A program made the translations under genes and the position numbers. The notes beneath the pieces are model-generated. The model was not told the DNA's origin, searched no databases, and saw only the letters and a list, made by a program, of their open reading frames with translations. From an uncultured Acidobacteriota bacterium (GTDB taxonomy: Bacteria > Acidobacteriota > Thermoanaerobaculia > UBA5066 > Gp7-AA6): DNA of 64,000 bases. The stretch lies in NCBI GenBank assembly GCA_963733955.1, contig CAVTEW010000003.1:3104037-3168036 (forward strand), given 5' to 3'. Below are positions 8,909 through 19,675 of the stretch, one piece after another (the stretch's first letter is position 1; each line of letters opens with the position of its first letter).

Positions 8909-11053
8909 GTGATAACCTCTCGATCCCTTCGTTTTATGACGGAAGCTCGCCCCATCGGTTCGTCGGCCCCGGAAGACCGGCTCAGGGATCGCGCGCTCTA
9001 CTTCAATCGCGAGATCTCCTGGCTGGCCTTCAACCGCCGCGTGCTCGAAGAGGCTCTCGATCCGGGCTGGCCGCTGCTCGAGCGGCTGAAGTTTCTCTGC
9101 ATCTTCCACTCCAACCTGGACGAGTTCTTCATGATCCGGGTCTCCGGGCTCCACGATCAGCTCGAGGCGTCGGTCACCGAGCGCAGCGCGGACGGCCTCT
9201 CCCCCACCGAGCAGCTCAAGGCCATCGGCGAAATCGTGCGCCGCGACGGCGCCGTGGCCATGCGGACCTTGACCGAGGACGTCCTGCCCAAGCTCGCGGA
9301 ACAGGGCGTTCGGGTGGTGCGCTGGGACGCGATCGAAGCGGAGCAGCGCAAGGAGCTGACCGGGTACTTCGAGAGCGTGGTCTTCCCGGTGCTGACCCCT
9401 CTGGCCTTCGATCCCGCGCATCCCTTCCCCTTTCTTTCCAACCTGTCGCTGTCGCTCGCCATCGAGCTTTCGGAGAAGGAGGACAGCCGGCCCCATTTCG
9501 CGCGCATCAAGGTTCCTCCCTCGCTTCCGCGGCTCCTCCCCGTCGGCGGGGACGCGTCGGCGGTGTTCATCCTCCTGGAGGACCTGATCGAGGCGCATCT
9601 GGCGCACCTGTTCCCGGGCATGAAGATCCGCGGGGCCTCGTCGTTTCGCGTGACCCGCGACGCCGACATGGAGATCCGGGAGGACGAGGCCGGCGATCTC
9701 CTCCGGTCCGTGGCGGAGAACGTCCGGCGCCGGCGTTTCGGCGCGGCCATCCGCCTGGAAGTGGACAACCGCTGCCCCGAGCGCGTGCGCGAGCTCCTGC
9801 GAGGTCAGCTGGAGCTCGAGGCCGACGACGTGTACGAGATCCCCGGGCCGCTGGGCGTTTCCGATCTGCTCTCCCTGCTGCGCGTGGAGCGCCCGGACTT
9901 GAAGGACGCGCCCTGCGTGGCCGCGTCGAGCCTGCTCTTCGCCGCTCCCCGCTCCGCCTTCGAGGCGATCCGCAAGGGCGACATCCTCTTCCACCATCCC
10001 TACGACTCCTTCGATCCGGTGATGCGGTTCCTCGACGACGCCGCCGACGACCCCGACGTCCTGGCCATCAAGATGACCCTCTACCGGACGGGGACGGATT
10101 CTCCGATCGTGGCCGCGCTGGCGCGGGCGGCGGAAAACGGAAAGCAGGTCGCGGTGCTCGTGGAGCTGCAGGCCCGCTTCGACGAGGAAAAGAACATCCA
10201 GTGGGCGCGGTCCCTCGAGCGGGCCGGCGTGCACGTCGCCTACGGCGTCGAGGGCTTGAAAACGCACGCCAAGATCGCCCTGGTGGTCCGCCGCGAAGGC
10301 AACTCCATGCGCCGCTACGTCCACGTGGGGACGGGCAACTACAACCGGGTGACGTCGAAGATCTACACGGACCTGGGACTCTTCAGCGTCCGGCCCGAGT
10401 TTGGACACGACGCGTCGGAGCTCTTCAACGTCCTGACCGGGTTCTCCAAGCGGACGAAGTACAAGCGCTTCATCGTGGCCCCCTTCTCCCTGCACGAGAA
10501 GGTCCTGGCCCTGATCGTGCGCGAAGAGGAGAAGGCGCGGGAGGGGCGGCCGGCCTCGATCATCGCCAAGATGAACTCCTTAGTCGACGCCAACGTGATC
10601 CGCGCCCTCTACCGGGCCTCCGGCGCGGGCGTCCCCATCACGCTCGCCGTGCGGGGCATCTGCTGCCTGCGGCCCGGCATTCCCGGCGTCTCCGACCGTA
10701 TCGCGGTGTCCTCGGTCGTGGGCCGATTCCTCGAGCACAGCCGCTGCTTCTCCTTCGGGGTCGGAGAGGACGAGGAGATCTACATCTCCAGCGCCGACTG
10801 GATGCCGCGCAACTTCTTCCGGCGCGTCGAGCTGATGGTGCCGATCTTGGACGAGAAGGCCAAGGAGAAGATCCGGCAGGAAGTCCTCGAGCCCCTGGCC
10901 CGGGACAACAGCCGGGCCCGCGACTTGAACCCCGACGGCGAGTACGTGCGGCGCACGCCGCCCACGGCGGAAAGCCGGATCGACGCCCAGCAGACTCTTC
11001 TGGACCGGATGGCCCGCCGGGGCCTTCGGGCAGTTCCGGACCATCCCGAATAA
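8909..11053 (+). CDS. ppk: polyphosphate kinase 1
   Basis: 714 aa. LYFNREISWLAFNRRVLEEA..FHSNLDEFFMIRV plus C-terminal PLD-like repeats (HAKIALV..., HSRCFSF) are diagnostic of PPK1. An alternative start is the ATG at 8936. Confidence 0.9.
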   Translation: MITSRSLRFMTEARPIGSSAPEDRLRDRALYFNREISWLAFNRRVLEEALDPGWPLLERLKFLCIFHSNLDEFFMIRVSGLHDQLEASVTERSADGLSPTEQLKAIGEIVRRDGAVAMRTLTEDVLPKLAEQGVRVVRWDAIEAEQRKELTGYFESVVFPVLTPLAFDPAHPFPFLSNLSLSLAIELSEKEDSRPHFARIKVPPSLPRLLPVGGDASAVFILLEDLIEAHLAHLFPGMKIRGASSFRVTRDADMEIREDEAGDLLRSVAENVRRRRFGAAIRLEVDNRCPERVRELLRGQLELEADDVYEIPGPLGVSDLLSLLRVERPDLKDAPCVAASSLLFAAPRSAFEAIRKGDILFHHPYDSFDPVMRFLDDAADDPDVLAIKMTLYRTGTDSPIVAALARAAENGKQVAVLVELQARFDEEKNIQWARSLERAGVHVAYGVEGLKTHAKIALVVRREGNSMRRYVHVGTGNYNRVTSKIYTDLGLFSVRPEFGHDASELFNVLTGFSKRTKYKRFIVAPFSLHEKVLALIVREEEKAREGRPASIIAKMNSLVDANVIRALYRASGAGVPITLAVRGICCLRPGIPGVSDRIAVSSVVGRFLEHSRCFSFGVGEDEEIYISSADWMPRNFFRRVELMVPILDEKAKEKIRQEVLEPLARDNSRARDLNPDGEYVRRTPPTAESRIDAQQTLLDRMARRGLRAVPDHPE

Positions 11054-11083
11054 AATTCGGAAAAATTAGTGATCTAACTAATT
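11046..11083. terminator. two adjacent AT-rich perfect palindromes at the convergent ppk / glycosyltransferase junction
   Basis: ccgaat-aaa-attcgg contains the ppk TAA stop. aattagt-gatcta-actaatt overlaps the glycosyltransferase TAG stop. Candidate bidirectional terminator or operator. Confidence 0.4.
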
Positions 11084-12266
11084 CTGTTCGGCTACGCCGC
11101 CGAAACTTCTTCGCGGCGAAGGAACTCCATCGAATCCGCCGATCAGAGTCCGGCGGCCGACCCGCATCGGCCGGCCGCGCCAGGCCGTGCGCCGTCCGAA
11201 GAGGCCGGCCCAGAAGAGCGCGGCGACGGCGACGTCGCGGACCGGGCAGAGCGCCCAGTCGAGCAGCGTGAAGGAGGCCCGGGCCCGGCGCGCCGAGACG
11301 GCCTCGATCGCGATCCGGAGCGCGTACACGGCCGCGGCCAGGGCGGCGATTCCGGGATGGCCGGCGGACGCGATCACCGCGCCGGCCAGCCAGGGGACGG
11401 GATTGGCCAGAAGCTCGGATCCGTAGGACAGGCCTCCCAGCCTCTTGCGCAGAATGGCCCACCGCCGCTGCCGCTTCCACACGTCGGCGAGCCCGCGCGC
11501 GATCTCGGTGGCCTCGATCTCGTCGCCGGACAGGACCACCTTGTAGCCGGCCCCGGCGACCGCGCGTCCCAGAAGGTAATCCTCGGCCAGATGGTCGCGC
11601 AGGATCTCCAGGCCGCCGATCGCCATCAGCGCCCTGCGCGAGACCAGGATCGACTTGCCGACCACGCAGGGCATCTCCAGGAGTCCGGACATCGCCGCGA
11701 TCCCGGCGCGCAGGGTCCCGTTCAAGTGCAGCGACTCCAGGCGGGACCCGAGCGTCCGGGCTCCCCGGGCGACGAACAGGTGCGAGAGCAGACCCACGCG
11801 CGCGTCGGAGAACTCGGCGGCCGCCCGGCGCAGGAACCCGCGGTGCGCCCGGACGTTCCCGTCGGCCATGAGCACGTGGCCGAACCGCGCGTGGCGCAGC
11901 GCCGCGGCCAGCCGGTTGACCTTGGCGTTGCCCCCCGGCTCGCGGGCATCCACCACGAAGACGGTGGATCGACCGGGGTGGCGGTCGGCCACGCGGCGCG
12001 CCACGGCGAACGCGGGGTCGGTCTGGCGGGCGAAGGAGAAGATCACCTCGTATTCCGGATAGTCGAGCGCGTAGAACGATTCGAGGTTCTCTTCCAGCGC
12101 GTCATCCAGTCCGGAGAGCGGTTTGAGGATCGAGACCGGCGGCGCGAAGTCCGGCAGCCGGCGCTCCCGGCCGGCGCGGCGGGTTCTCTCCAGGACCGCC
12201 GCGGCCACGGCGTAGCCGGCCACGCAGATCACGAGCGCGAACAGGAAGGCCAGGGCCAGCGTCACG
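11078..12266 (-). CDS. GT2/GT21-like glycosyltransferase (ceramide-glucosyltransferase / HpnI / Pgt-like)
   Basis: Start set at the GTG that overlaps the upstream TGA stop (GTGA). N-terminal TM segment, then LKPLSGLDDALEENLESFYALDYPEYEVIF and a D..D..QRRW-like motif (WKRQRRWA) typical of this family. Confidence 0.7.
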
Positions 12267-12972
12267 CCGTCGCCTCGGCCTCCGGCGAGGTGAGCCGCAG
12301 CATTCCGATCCCGGCGGCCCTCTTCAAGGCGCCGAGGACGCCGGCGACGGACTTTTCCGCCCGCAGCAGCGTCTTCCAGGCGTAGAGATGCTCGGGGCGA
12401 TGGAAATCGCTGTTGGCGATGTGCGGAAGCCGTTCCCGCGAGACGACCGGAAAGAGGTCCCAGCGGCATCCGACTTCCCAGAGGTCGATCAGCGGCCCGA
12501 CGATCTTGCGCCGGTTCCAGAGGTAGAAGGTGTTCGCGTAGAACTCGCTCATCTCGTGGGGATGGCAGGCCACCGAAACCGCCCCGCGGCCGCGGATCTC
12601 CCGCAGCAGGTCCAGCGGATCTCCGTCGGCGGAGAGGAACTCGTTCAAGCCCAGCGCCAGAATGTGGACGGACGTGTCGCGGTTGATCGTGTTGCGCGTC
12701 AGCTCCGCGCCGGGCAGGACGAGCATTCCGTAGGTCTTCCAGGCCCGCTCGGCCTCGCGCCGGATCTGCTCGGCGTAGCGCTTCCAGGACTCCGGGTTGA
12801 GCGAGTGCCGGATGGCGTGCGCGATCCGGCCCAGGCCGTTGTCGCGGTTGACGATGTGGTCGGTGATGGCGATGACGTCGTGGCCCGAGCGCCCGAAGAG
12901 GTCCACGACGCGCTCGAGCGGAAGCATCCCGTCGGAGTAAGTCGTGTGGACGTGGAAGTCACAAAGGAGCAT
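12262..12972 (-). CDS. PHP-domain metal-dependent phosphoesterase
   Basis: 236 aa. MLLCDFHVHTTYSDG..ITDH is a classic PHP N-terminus. Confidence 0.75.
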   Translation of the reverse strand: MLLCDFHVHTTYSDGMLPLERVVDLFGRSGHDVIAITDHIVNRDNGLGRIAHAIRHSLNPESWKRYAEQIRREAERAWKTYGMLVLPGAELTRNTINRDTSVHILALGLNEFLSADGDPLDLLREIRGRGAVSVACHPHEMSEFYANTFYLWNRRKIVGPLIDLWEVGCRWDLFPVVSRERLPHIANSDFHRPEHLYAWKTLLRAEKSVAGVLGALKRAAGIGMLRLTSPEAEATA

Positions 12973-13451
12973 GGCGCGTCACCGGCTTCGAGGATCGGCT
13001 ACTGACAAGAACTCTTGTCGGTGTCGCGGAAAAGCCGGCGCGAGGACGGCGTAAAAAGAATCTGAAGCCCCGGGCCCGGAAGGGGCAGGGCGCTGGTCGC
13101 TGAAGATCTTCACAGCCTGCTCGTGTCCCGTCTGAGGAGTTTCGCGGCCAAGTCGCCCCGGCGTCGGGCCGTCTCCCTCGTCGGCCCGCTCCGGCCAGGC
13201 CGCTCCACGGTGATCGGGTTTGCCAGACCGTTTCTGTGCCCGAGTGACCGGAGCGGCGGCCCGGTGGCGACTCTCCCCTGCCTGGCCGCCGCGTGCCGCC
13301 AAGGGCAATGCCGGTGACTGCGGGCGGCTTCTTCACCGGGCGATGGATGGCGAGGTGCCTTCGGACGCGCAGGCAATTGCGAATCTGCCCGATCTCGCAG
13401 GGCGCGCACGCGGCGGTGAGCTCCCGCGAGGCCTTGGCGATAATAGCCCGC

Positions 13452-14285
13452 GTGATCCGCCTGCCCGATTACCACGTGCACACGTTTCGCTGTGGCCACG
13501 CCGGCGGCGCGTCGCGGGACTTCGTCCTGCGGGCCATCGAGCAGGGCTTGTCCGAGATGGCGTTTACCGACCACATCCCGCTCTACTTCCTTCCTCCTCC
13601 CGACCGGGACCCCCGCCTGGCCATGCGGGAGGACCAGTTCGACGAGTACCTCGCCGAGGTCGAGGCCCTGCGCCGCGAGTTCGCCGGGCGCATCCCCATC
13701 CGGCTGGGCCTGGAGGCCGACTACGCGGAGGGTCACGAGGAGACGCTGGCCGCCTGGCTTGGGCGCGCGGACTGGGACCTCGTCCTGGGATCGGTCCACT
13801 GGGTGGCCGGCGACTGGATCGACGCTCCCGGCTCGGCCGCCCGGTTCGAGCGGGAAGGGACACAGCGGCTGTACCGGGAATACTACCGGCTGCTCTCGCT
13901 GGCCGCGCGCACGCGGCTCTTCGACGTCCTGACGCACTTCGACCTCCCCAAGAAGCACGGGCACAGGCCGGAAACCTCGGTCCGCGAGGCGGAGGACGCC
14001 GCGATCGCCGCGGCGCGGGAGGGGGGATGCGCCGTGGAGATCTCCTCGGCCGGACTCCGCAAGCCGGCCGGCGAGCCGTACCCCGAGGCCGGCCTCCTCG
14101 CGCGCATCGCCGCCGCCGGCGTGCCGCTGACGTTTTCCTCCGACGCCCACGCTCCGCTCGAGGTCGGCTGGGGCTATGAGCGGACCCTGGCCCATGCGCG
14201 CGCCGCGGGAGTGCGCGCGTTCGTCACGCTGGAACGCCGCCGGAAAATCTTCCACCCGCTGCCGCCCGAGGACGCCGGACGGTAG
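13452..14285 (+). CDS. HisJ-type PHP-family phosphatase (histidinol-phosphatase-like)
   Basis: DYHVHTFRCGHAGG...FTDH...HFDL motifs. The start is ambiguous (GTG at 13452, or the upstream ATG at 13350). Confidence 0.65.
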   Translation: MIRLPDYHVHTFRCGHAGGASRDFVLRAIEQGLSEMAFTDHIPLYFLPPPDRDPRLAMREDQFDEYLAEVEALRREFAGRIPIRLGLEADYAEGHEETLAAWLGRADWDLVLGSVHWVAGDWIDAPGSAARFEREGTQRLYREYYRLLSLAARTRLFDVLTHFDLPKKHGHRPETSVREAEDAAIAAAREGGCAVEISSAGLRKPAGEPYPEAGLLARIAAAGVPLTFSSDAHAPLEVGWGYERTLAHARAAGVRAFVTLERRRKIFHPLPPEDAGR

Positions 14286-14291
14286 GCGGAC

Positions 14292-15587
<1,296 letters not shown>

Positions 15588-15591
15588 GCCG

Positions 15592-15692
15592 GGCGTGAGG
15601 CGTCAGGTGTCAGGCGTGAGGCGGACGCCGATCACGGCCCGTCCGATCGGGCCTCCGTGCTTCGCCTCACGCCTCACCCTTTACGCCTCACG
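15592..15692. repeat. family-1 heptamer inverted-repeat element (GGCGTGA arm, spacer, CGCCTCA arm)
   Basis: ggcgtgaggcgtcaggtgtcaggcgtgaggcg ... cgcctcacgcctcaccctttacgcctcacg fills the phoU/GH1 intergenic space. The last unit contains the phoU stop codon. Confidence 0.7.
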
Positions 15693-16353
15693 TCAATTCC
15701 GTGGCGTGATGCTTCACCCACTTGGCCTCGGTCATGAAGATGGTGTCCTCGCAGATGTTGGTGGCGAGGTCGCCGACGCGCTCGAGGTTCTTGGAGATGG
15801 AGATGAGCTCGAGGCAGTAGGTAATGAGGGACGGGTACTCCACCATGTAGGTCAGGAGCTCCCGGATGATGGAAACGTTCTTCTCGTCGAGGATGTCGTC
15901 CTTCTTGATGATCTTCTTGGCCAGCTCGAGGTCCCGGTTCACGAACGCGTCCAGCGAGCCCTTCAACATGGACATGGCCACCTCGGCCATGTACGGAATG
16001 TCGATGAACGGCTTGAAGGGCTTCTGCGCGGCCAGCCGCTGGGCGCCCTCGGCGATGTTGACGGCGTGATCGCCGATGCGCTCCAGGTCGTTGTTGATCT
16101 TCAGAGCCGCGATCAGGAACCGCAGATCGACGGCCACCGGCTGCTGCAGGGCCAGCAGCTGGACGGCCTGCTCCTCGATGCCCATCTCCATCCGGTCGAT
16201 CTCCTCGTCCGCGGCGATGACCGCCCCGGCTTTCTCTTCATCGACTTCCGTCAGCGCCTCGATCGCGCGCTGGATCTGACGCTCGACTTCGCCGCCCATC
16301 AGGATCAGGTTGCGCCGGAGGTCCTCCAGCAGCTCGGAAAAATGTTCTTTCAA
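15688..16353 (-). CDS. phoU: phosphate transport system regulator PhoU
   Basis: 221 aa, two PhoU repeats (RIGDHAVNIAE / RVGDLATNICE). Its GC content is noticeably lower than its neighbours. Confidence 0.9.
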   Translation of the reverse strand: MKEHFSELLEDLRRNLILMGGEVERQIQRAIEALTEVDEEKAGAVIAADEEIDRMEMGIEEQAVQLLALQQPVAVDLRFLIAALKINNDLERIGDHAVNIAEGAQRLAAQKPFKPFIDIPYMAEVAMSMLKGSLDAFVNRDLELAKKIIKKDDILDEKNVSIIRELLTYMVEYPSLITYCLELISISKNLERVGDLATNICEDTIFMTEAKWVKHHATELT

Positions 16354-16401
16354 GTCGAGTCCCCTTTTCGCTTCGTGTCAAGGCCTTCCCCTCGTGTCGT
16401 C

Positions 16402-16432
16402 CGCCTCACGCCTCTCGCCTCACGCCTCACGC
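16402..16432. repeat. family-1 heptamer array (CGCCTCA/CGCCTCT)x4, single arm
   Basis: cgcctcacgcctctcgcctcacgcctcacgc lies between the ppx stop and the phoU start. Confidence 0.65.
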
Positions 16433-16438
16433 GGCGGG

Positions 16439-18033
16439 TCATCCCCAAAGCGCCTCCGCCGAGATCATCTCCAGGTCCTTCTGATGGATCGCCTCCTCGC
16501 GGGCCGCGGGGATCGCTCCGAGGACCACCCGGCGATGGAACACCATTTCGAAGAGGTTCGCCTTTCGGCGCGCGGCGTCGAGCTCGGCCTCGCAGTCCCC
16601 CCGCGCGACCGCGTCGAGCTCGATCCGGCGCGCCCGCACCCGGCAGGTCAGCTCGGCCACGAGCTGGCGGTGGCTCCGATCGAGACCGTCGGCGATGCGC
16701 AGGAGCGCCGCGAGCTTCTCCACCACCGGTCGCAGATAGGGATCGAGGCGCTTCCAGTTCTCGTGGGCGTCGCGGGGCCCCTTTCCCTTGTGGTAACGGG
16801 CGATCGAGGCGATCACTTCGATCTCTTCGGCCGAGAAGCCGGTCAGGTCGGCGTGGGTGATGAGGTAGTAGGAGTGCAGCTGGTGCTTGGAGAAACCGAC
16901 GTAGCAGCCCACGTCGTGCAGCAGCGCTCCGTACTGGAGCCATTCCCGCTCCGTGGCGGTCAACTGGTGAAGGGAGTGGGTCTGGTCGAAGAGCTCCAGC
17001 GCGAGGCGGGCCACGTGGGCGGCGTGCAGGACCTCGGCGTTTCCGCGCCGGAGCAGCCGATCGACGCTGCGCGCCCGCACGTCGCGGTCCGCGGAGGGGC
17101 GGCGGCCCTGGCGGGCCACGTGATCGAGCAGGATCCCTTCCCGCAGGCCCCGCTCTCCGACCACGATCGAGTCGGCCCCGGTCCGCTTCAGGATCCAGGA
17201 CAGCAGCAGCCCGCCGGGCACGGAAATGTCCCGGCGCCGCGGGTCCAGGCCGGGCACCCGCAGCTTCTCTTTCAGCGTCGCCTTGCGCAGGATCTTGTTG
17301 ACCTTCTTGAGCCCCGACCGGGTCAGGGTGCGATGCCCCGACGCGGTGGGCTCGCGCCCCAGGATCGCCGCCTCGTGCACGAGGGACAGGGACTGGATCG
17401 TTCCCGAGGAGCCCACGCAGGTCTTGAACCCGACCTTCTGAACGGCTTCGGCGGCCTTCTTCGCGGCCGACCGCACCACCCGTTTCATATCCTTGCGGTC
17501 TCCGGCGCTGGGGGGATCGTTGCGGGAGAACCGGTCGGCCAGACGCACCACGCCCAGGGGGAGGCTCTCGGTCAGGAGCACGCGCGAGCCGTCGGAGACG
17601 ACGAACTCGGTCGATCCTCCCCCGATGTCGATCAGGAAGAGCGGATCGAGGCGCGCCGGAAACTCGCTGCGCACGCCCAGGTGGATCAGCCGCGCCTCCT
17701 CCTCGCCGGAGATGACGTCCACGGACACCCCGGTGCGCCGCTTGACCGCGTCCAGGAACTCCTGGGAGTTCTCGGCCTCCCGCACCGCGCAGGTCGCGAC
17801 CGCCCGCACCAGCTCGGCGCCCTGCGCGGCGATCGACTTCTGGAACTGCTCGACCGCGCTGGCGCCGGCCTCGATGGCTTCCGGGGAGAGGCGCCCGGTC
17901 GCCAGGGTCTCGCTGCCCAGTCGGACCAGGGACTTCTCCCGGGCCACGATTTCCAGGACGCCGTCCTGGTCCACCGCCGCCACCAACAGCTTGATGGTAT
18001 TGGTCCCGATGTCGATGGCGGCGAGCTTTTTCA
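16439..18033 (-). CDS. ppx: exopolyphosphatase / guanosine pentaphosphate phosphohydrolase (Ppx/GppA) with C-terminal HD domain
   Basis: Start at GTG (VKKLAAIDIGTNTIKLLVA...). ASKHA-fold motifs plus an HD region (LLHDVGCYVGFSKHQLHSYYLI). The upstream extension of the ORF is Arg/Gly-rich noise. Confidence 0.85.
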
Positions 18034-18145
18034 CGGCAAAGAAATTGTCCGCGGGCCCGCGGAGGACCGCGTCAACTCCTTGTGAAGATGGTATGAAGTC
18101 GTCAACCTTTCTTTCAGCCAGTCCGAACCTATAATAGCGCCCCCC

Positions 18146-18949
18146 ATGGCCGAAAACCTCTGGCGCCGGCGCGTGCGCGCTCTTCAGAAAGCGCGCAAGG
18201 ATCTTCGCGGAAACGAGGCCGAGGCCATTCACGACCTGCGCGTCGCGCTGCGGCGCATCGGCGCGACGGCCGCCGCGCTCGGGAAGAAGAAGATCGAGCG
18301 CCGGTCCAGGAAACTGGTGAGCGCCTTTTCCGAGCTGCGCCAGATGGAGGTCGACCGCGCGCTGCTCGCGCGGGTCCACGCGCTCGGCCTCCTGCCCGAG
18401 GACGCCTATTCCGGCCTGCAGGCGCGCTGGGAAGTGCGTTACGCCGCGGGCGCGCGCAAAGCGATGCGCCTGGCGGAGGGGCGCAGGATGAAAAAGCTCG
18501 CCGCGCAGATCCGGCGGCGGGCCCGGCGCGACCCCGGTGATCTCATGCTTCGCCTCGACCTGGAGCGGGCGCGCGCCGAGCGCCGGCTCGTGCCGCCGGG
18601 GGACGACGCCTCGGATCGTGATCTCCATCGCTATCGCCTGGCGGTCAAGCGGGCGCGCTACGTCGCCGAGGACCTGGCGGCCTGCGGAGTCCGGGGGCTC
18701 GACGCGGCCATCGCCCGGGAAAAAGAGCTCCAGGAAGCCCTGGGCCGCTGGAACGACGCGCGCCTCTTCCGGATCCGGCTCGTGGAGACCCGGGCGCAAG
18801 CCGAGGAGCGGGGCGCCGTTACGCTGGCCCTCGAGCTCGACCGCCTGATCGCGGCCCTCGAGGGAACCGTCGCCGCGGCCCGCGCCGCGGCGCTGGGAGC
18901 CGCTGCGCGGCTGGGCAACGTGATCCCGTTTCTGCAGAGAAGCGCGTAA
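18146..18949 (+). CDS. CHAD-domain protein (polyphosphate-granule associated)
   Basis: HDLRVALRRIGATAAAL and a second ...HRYRLAVKRARYVAE repeat are typical of CHAD. It is divergent from ppx. TATAAT lies 10 nt upstream of the ATG. Confidence 0.65.
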   Translation: MAENLWRRRVRALQKARKDLRGNEAEAIHDLRVALRRIGATAAALGKKKIERRSRKLVSAFSELRQMEVDRALLARVHALGLLPEDAYSGLQARWEVRYAAGARKAMRLAEGRRMKKLAAQIRRRARRDPGDLMLRLDLERARAERRLVPPGDDASDRDLHRYRLAVKRARYVAEDLAACGVRGLDAAIAREKELQEALGRWNDARLFRIRLVETRAQAEERGAVTLALELDRLIAALEGTVAAARAAALGAAARLGNVIPFLQRSA

Positions 18950-19195
18950 CACGTCGCCGGAGCCGCGCTTCGGGATCTGCGCGCTTTGCGCGTACCGGCC
19001 CGCCGCTCGGCCAAAGGGCCTCGACGGCGGGTCTGATCCCGACAGCTCCGCTCCGGCTCCCGCGGCGCGAGTCGTTTCGCGAATCCAGTTCGCGAAACTT
19101 GGTCGCGCCGCGAGGGGCACGAAGAGACCCAGGCCCTCCGTACCGTAGGGGCGGGGCTTGCCCCCGCCCGCGCTCCGGGAGGCACCCATCTGATT

Positions 19196-19219
19196 GATAC
19201 AATATATGCATTGTTGACA
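19196..19219. promoter_or_regulatory. AT-rich box GATACAATATATGCATTGTTGACA (ACAAT-N6-ATTGT palindrome plus TTGACA)
   Basis: Second copy of the motif seen at 4770. It lies in a 270-bp convergent intergenic region that also holds two perfect or near-perfect GC palindromes (19073-19097 and 19146-19170). Confidence 0.35.
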
Positions 19220-19220
19220 C

Positions 19221-19610
19221 TCACTCCGGGGCGCCGGCCCGACCGAGCCGCGGGAAGACGTCCGGGGCGGGAGGCCCGGCCGCGCCGCCTTTGAACCACG
19301 GCTCCGCGGCGGCGTCGAATCGCTCGATCGCGCGTCGGAACGCGATCAGATCGAGGCCGGCGAGGGTTCCGGGCAGGGGCGCGAGCTTCGTCCGGCCGGC
19401 CGCCACGAGCTGCGCGCAGCCGCTCGGGCGCTCGCCCCGGGACGCCTTCAGAAGGGCCGCGGCGATCTGGATCAGGCCCTGGAGCAGCGTCCGGATCTCC
19501 TCCACCTCCTCCAGCCAGGCTTCTTCCCAGACTTCATGGGCCTCGAAATACCGGCCCTCGTTGAACAGAACCCGGCCGCGCTCCAAGAGCGCCGGCGTGG
19601 CCTCCTTCAT
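19221..19610 (-). CDS. DUF309-family protein
   Basis: 129 aa. FNEGRYFEAHEVWEEAW matches the DUF309 signature. Confidence 0.6.
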   Translation of the reverse strand: MKEATPALLERGRVLFNEGRYFEAHEVWEEAWLEEVEEIRTLLQGLIQIAAALLKASRGERPSGCAQLVAAGRTKLAPLPGTLAGLDLIAFRRAIERFDAAAEPWFKGGAAGPPAPDVFPRLGRAGAPE

Positions 19611-19629
19611 GCTCGTCTCCCGGAAAGGA

Positions 19630-19655
19630 GAAGCCGGGGATCGCTCCCCGGCTTC
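19630..19655 (-). terminator. hairpin downstream of the TonB-dependent receptor gene
   Basis: gaagccgggga-tcgc-tccccggcttc is a perfect 11-bp stem. The minus-strand downstream sequence is U/C-rich (ttctcctttcc). Confidence 0.45.
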
Positions 19656-19675
19656 GATCGCCCGATTCGAGATCC

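Noticed and set aside
5860-8912. Very long ORFs (828 aa minus, 918 aa plus) overlapping the PhoX-like gene
   Set aside because: They are Arg/Gly/Pro/Ala-rich with no domain signatures. These are typical antisense and alternate-frame open frames in 70% GC DNA. The plus-frame 6637-8355 product has a signal peptide and a propeller-like composition.
15688-16353. phoU as a horizontally acquired gene because of lower GC
   Set aside because: phoU is highly conserved and is flanked by its functional partners. The lower GC is more likely a gene-specific codon or expression signature. This was not pursued as a finding.
19073-19097. tRNA or T-arm-like structure in the CHAD/DUF309 intergenic region
   Set aside because: The stem is 10 bp with a TCCAG loop. 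That is not the 5-bp stem plus TTCGAAT-type loop of a tRNA T-arm, and no cloverleaf can be drawn.
16439-19189. N-terminal extensions of the Ppx ORF (to 19189), the mutase ORF (to 28617), the VWA ORF (to 60068), the M23 ORF (to 49356) and the sdhB ORF (to 63627)
   Set aside because: The extensions are low-complexity or heptamer-repeat translations (LTPHASR-type). Internal starts with an RBS and domain boundaries give the expected protein lengths.
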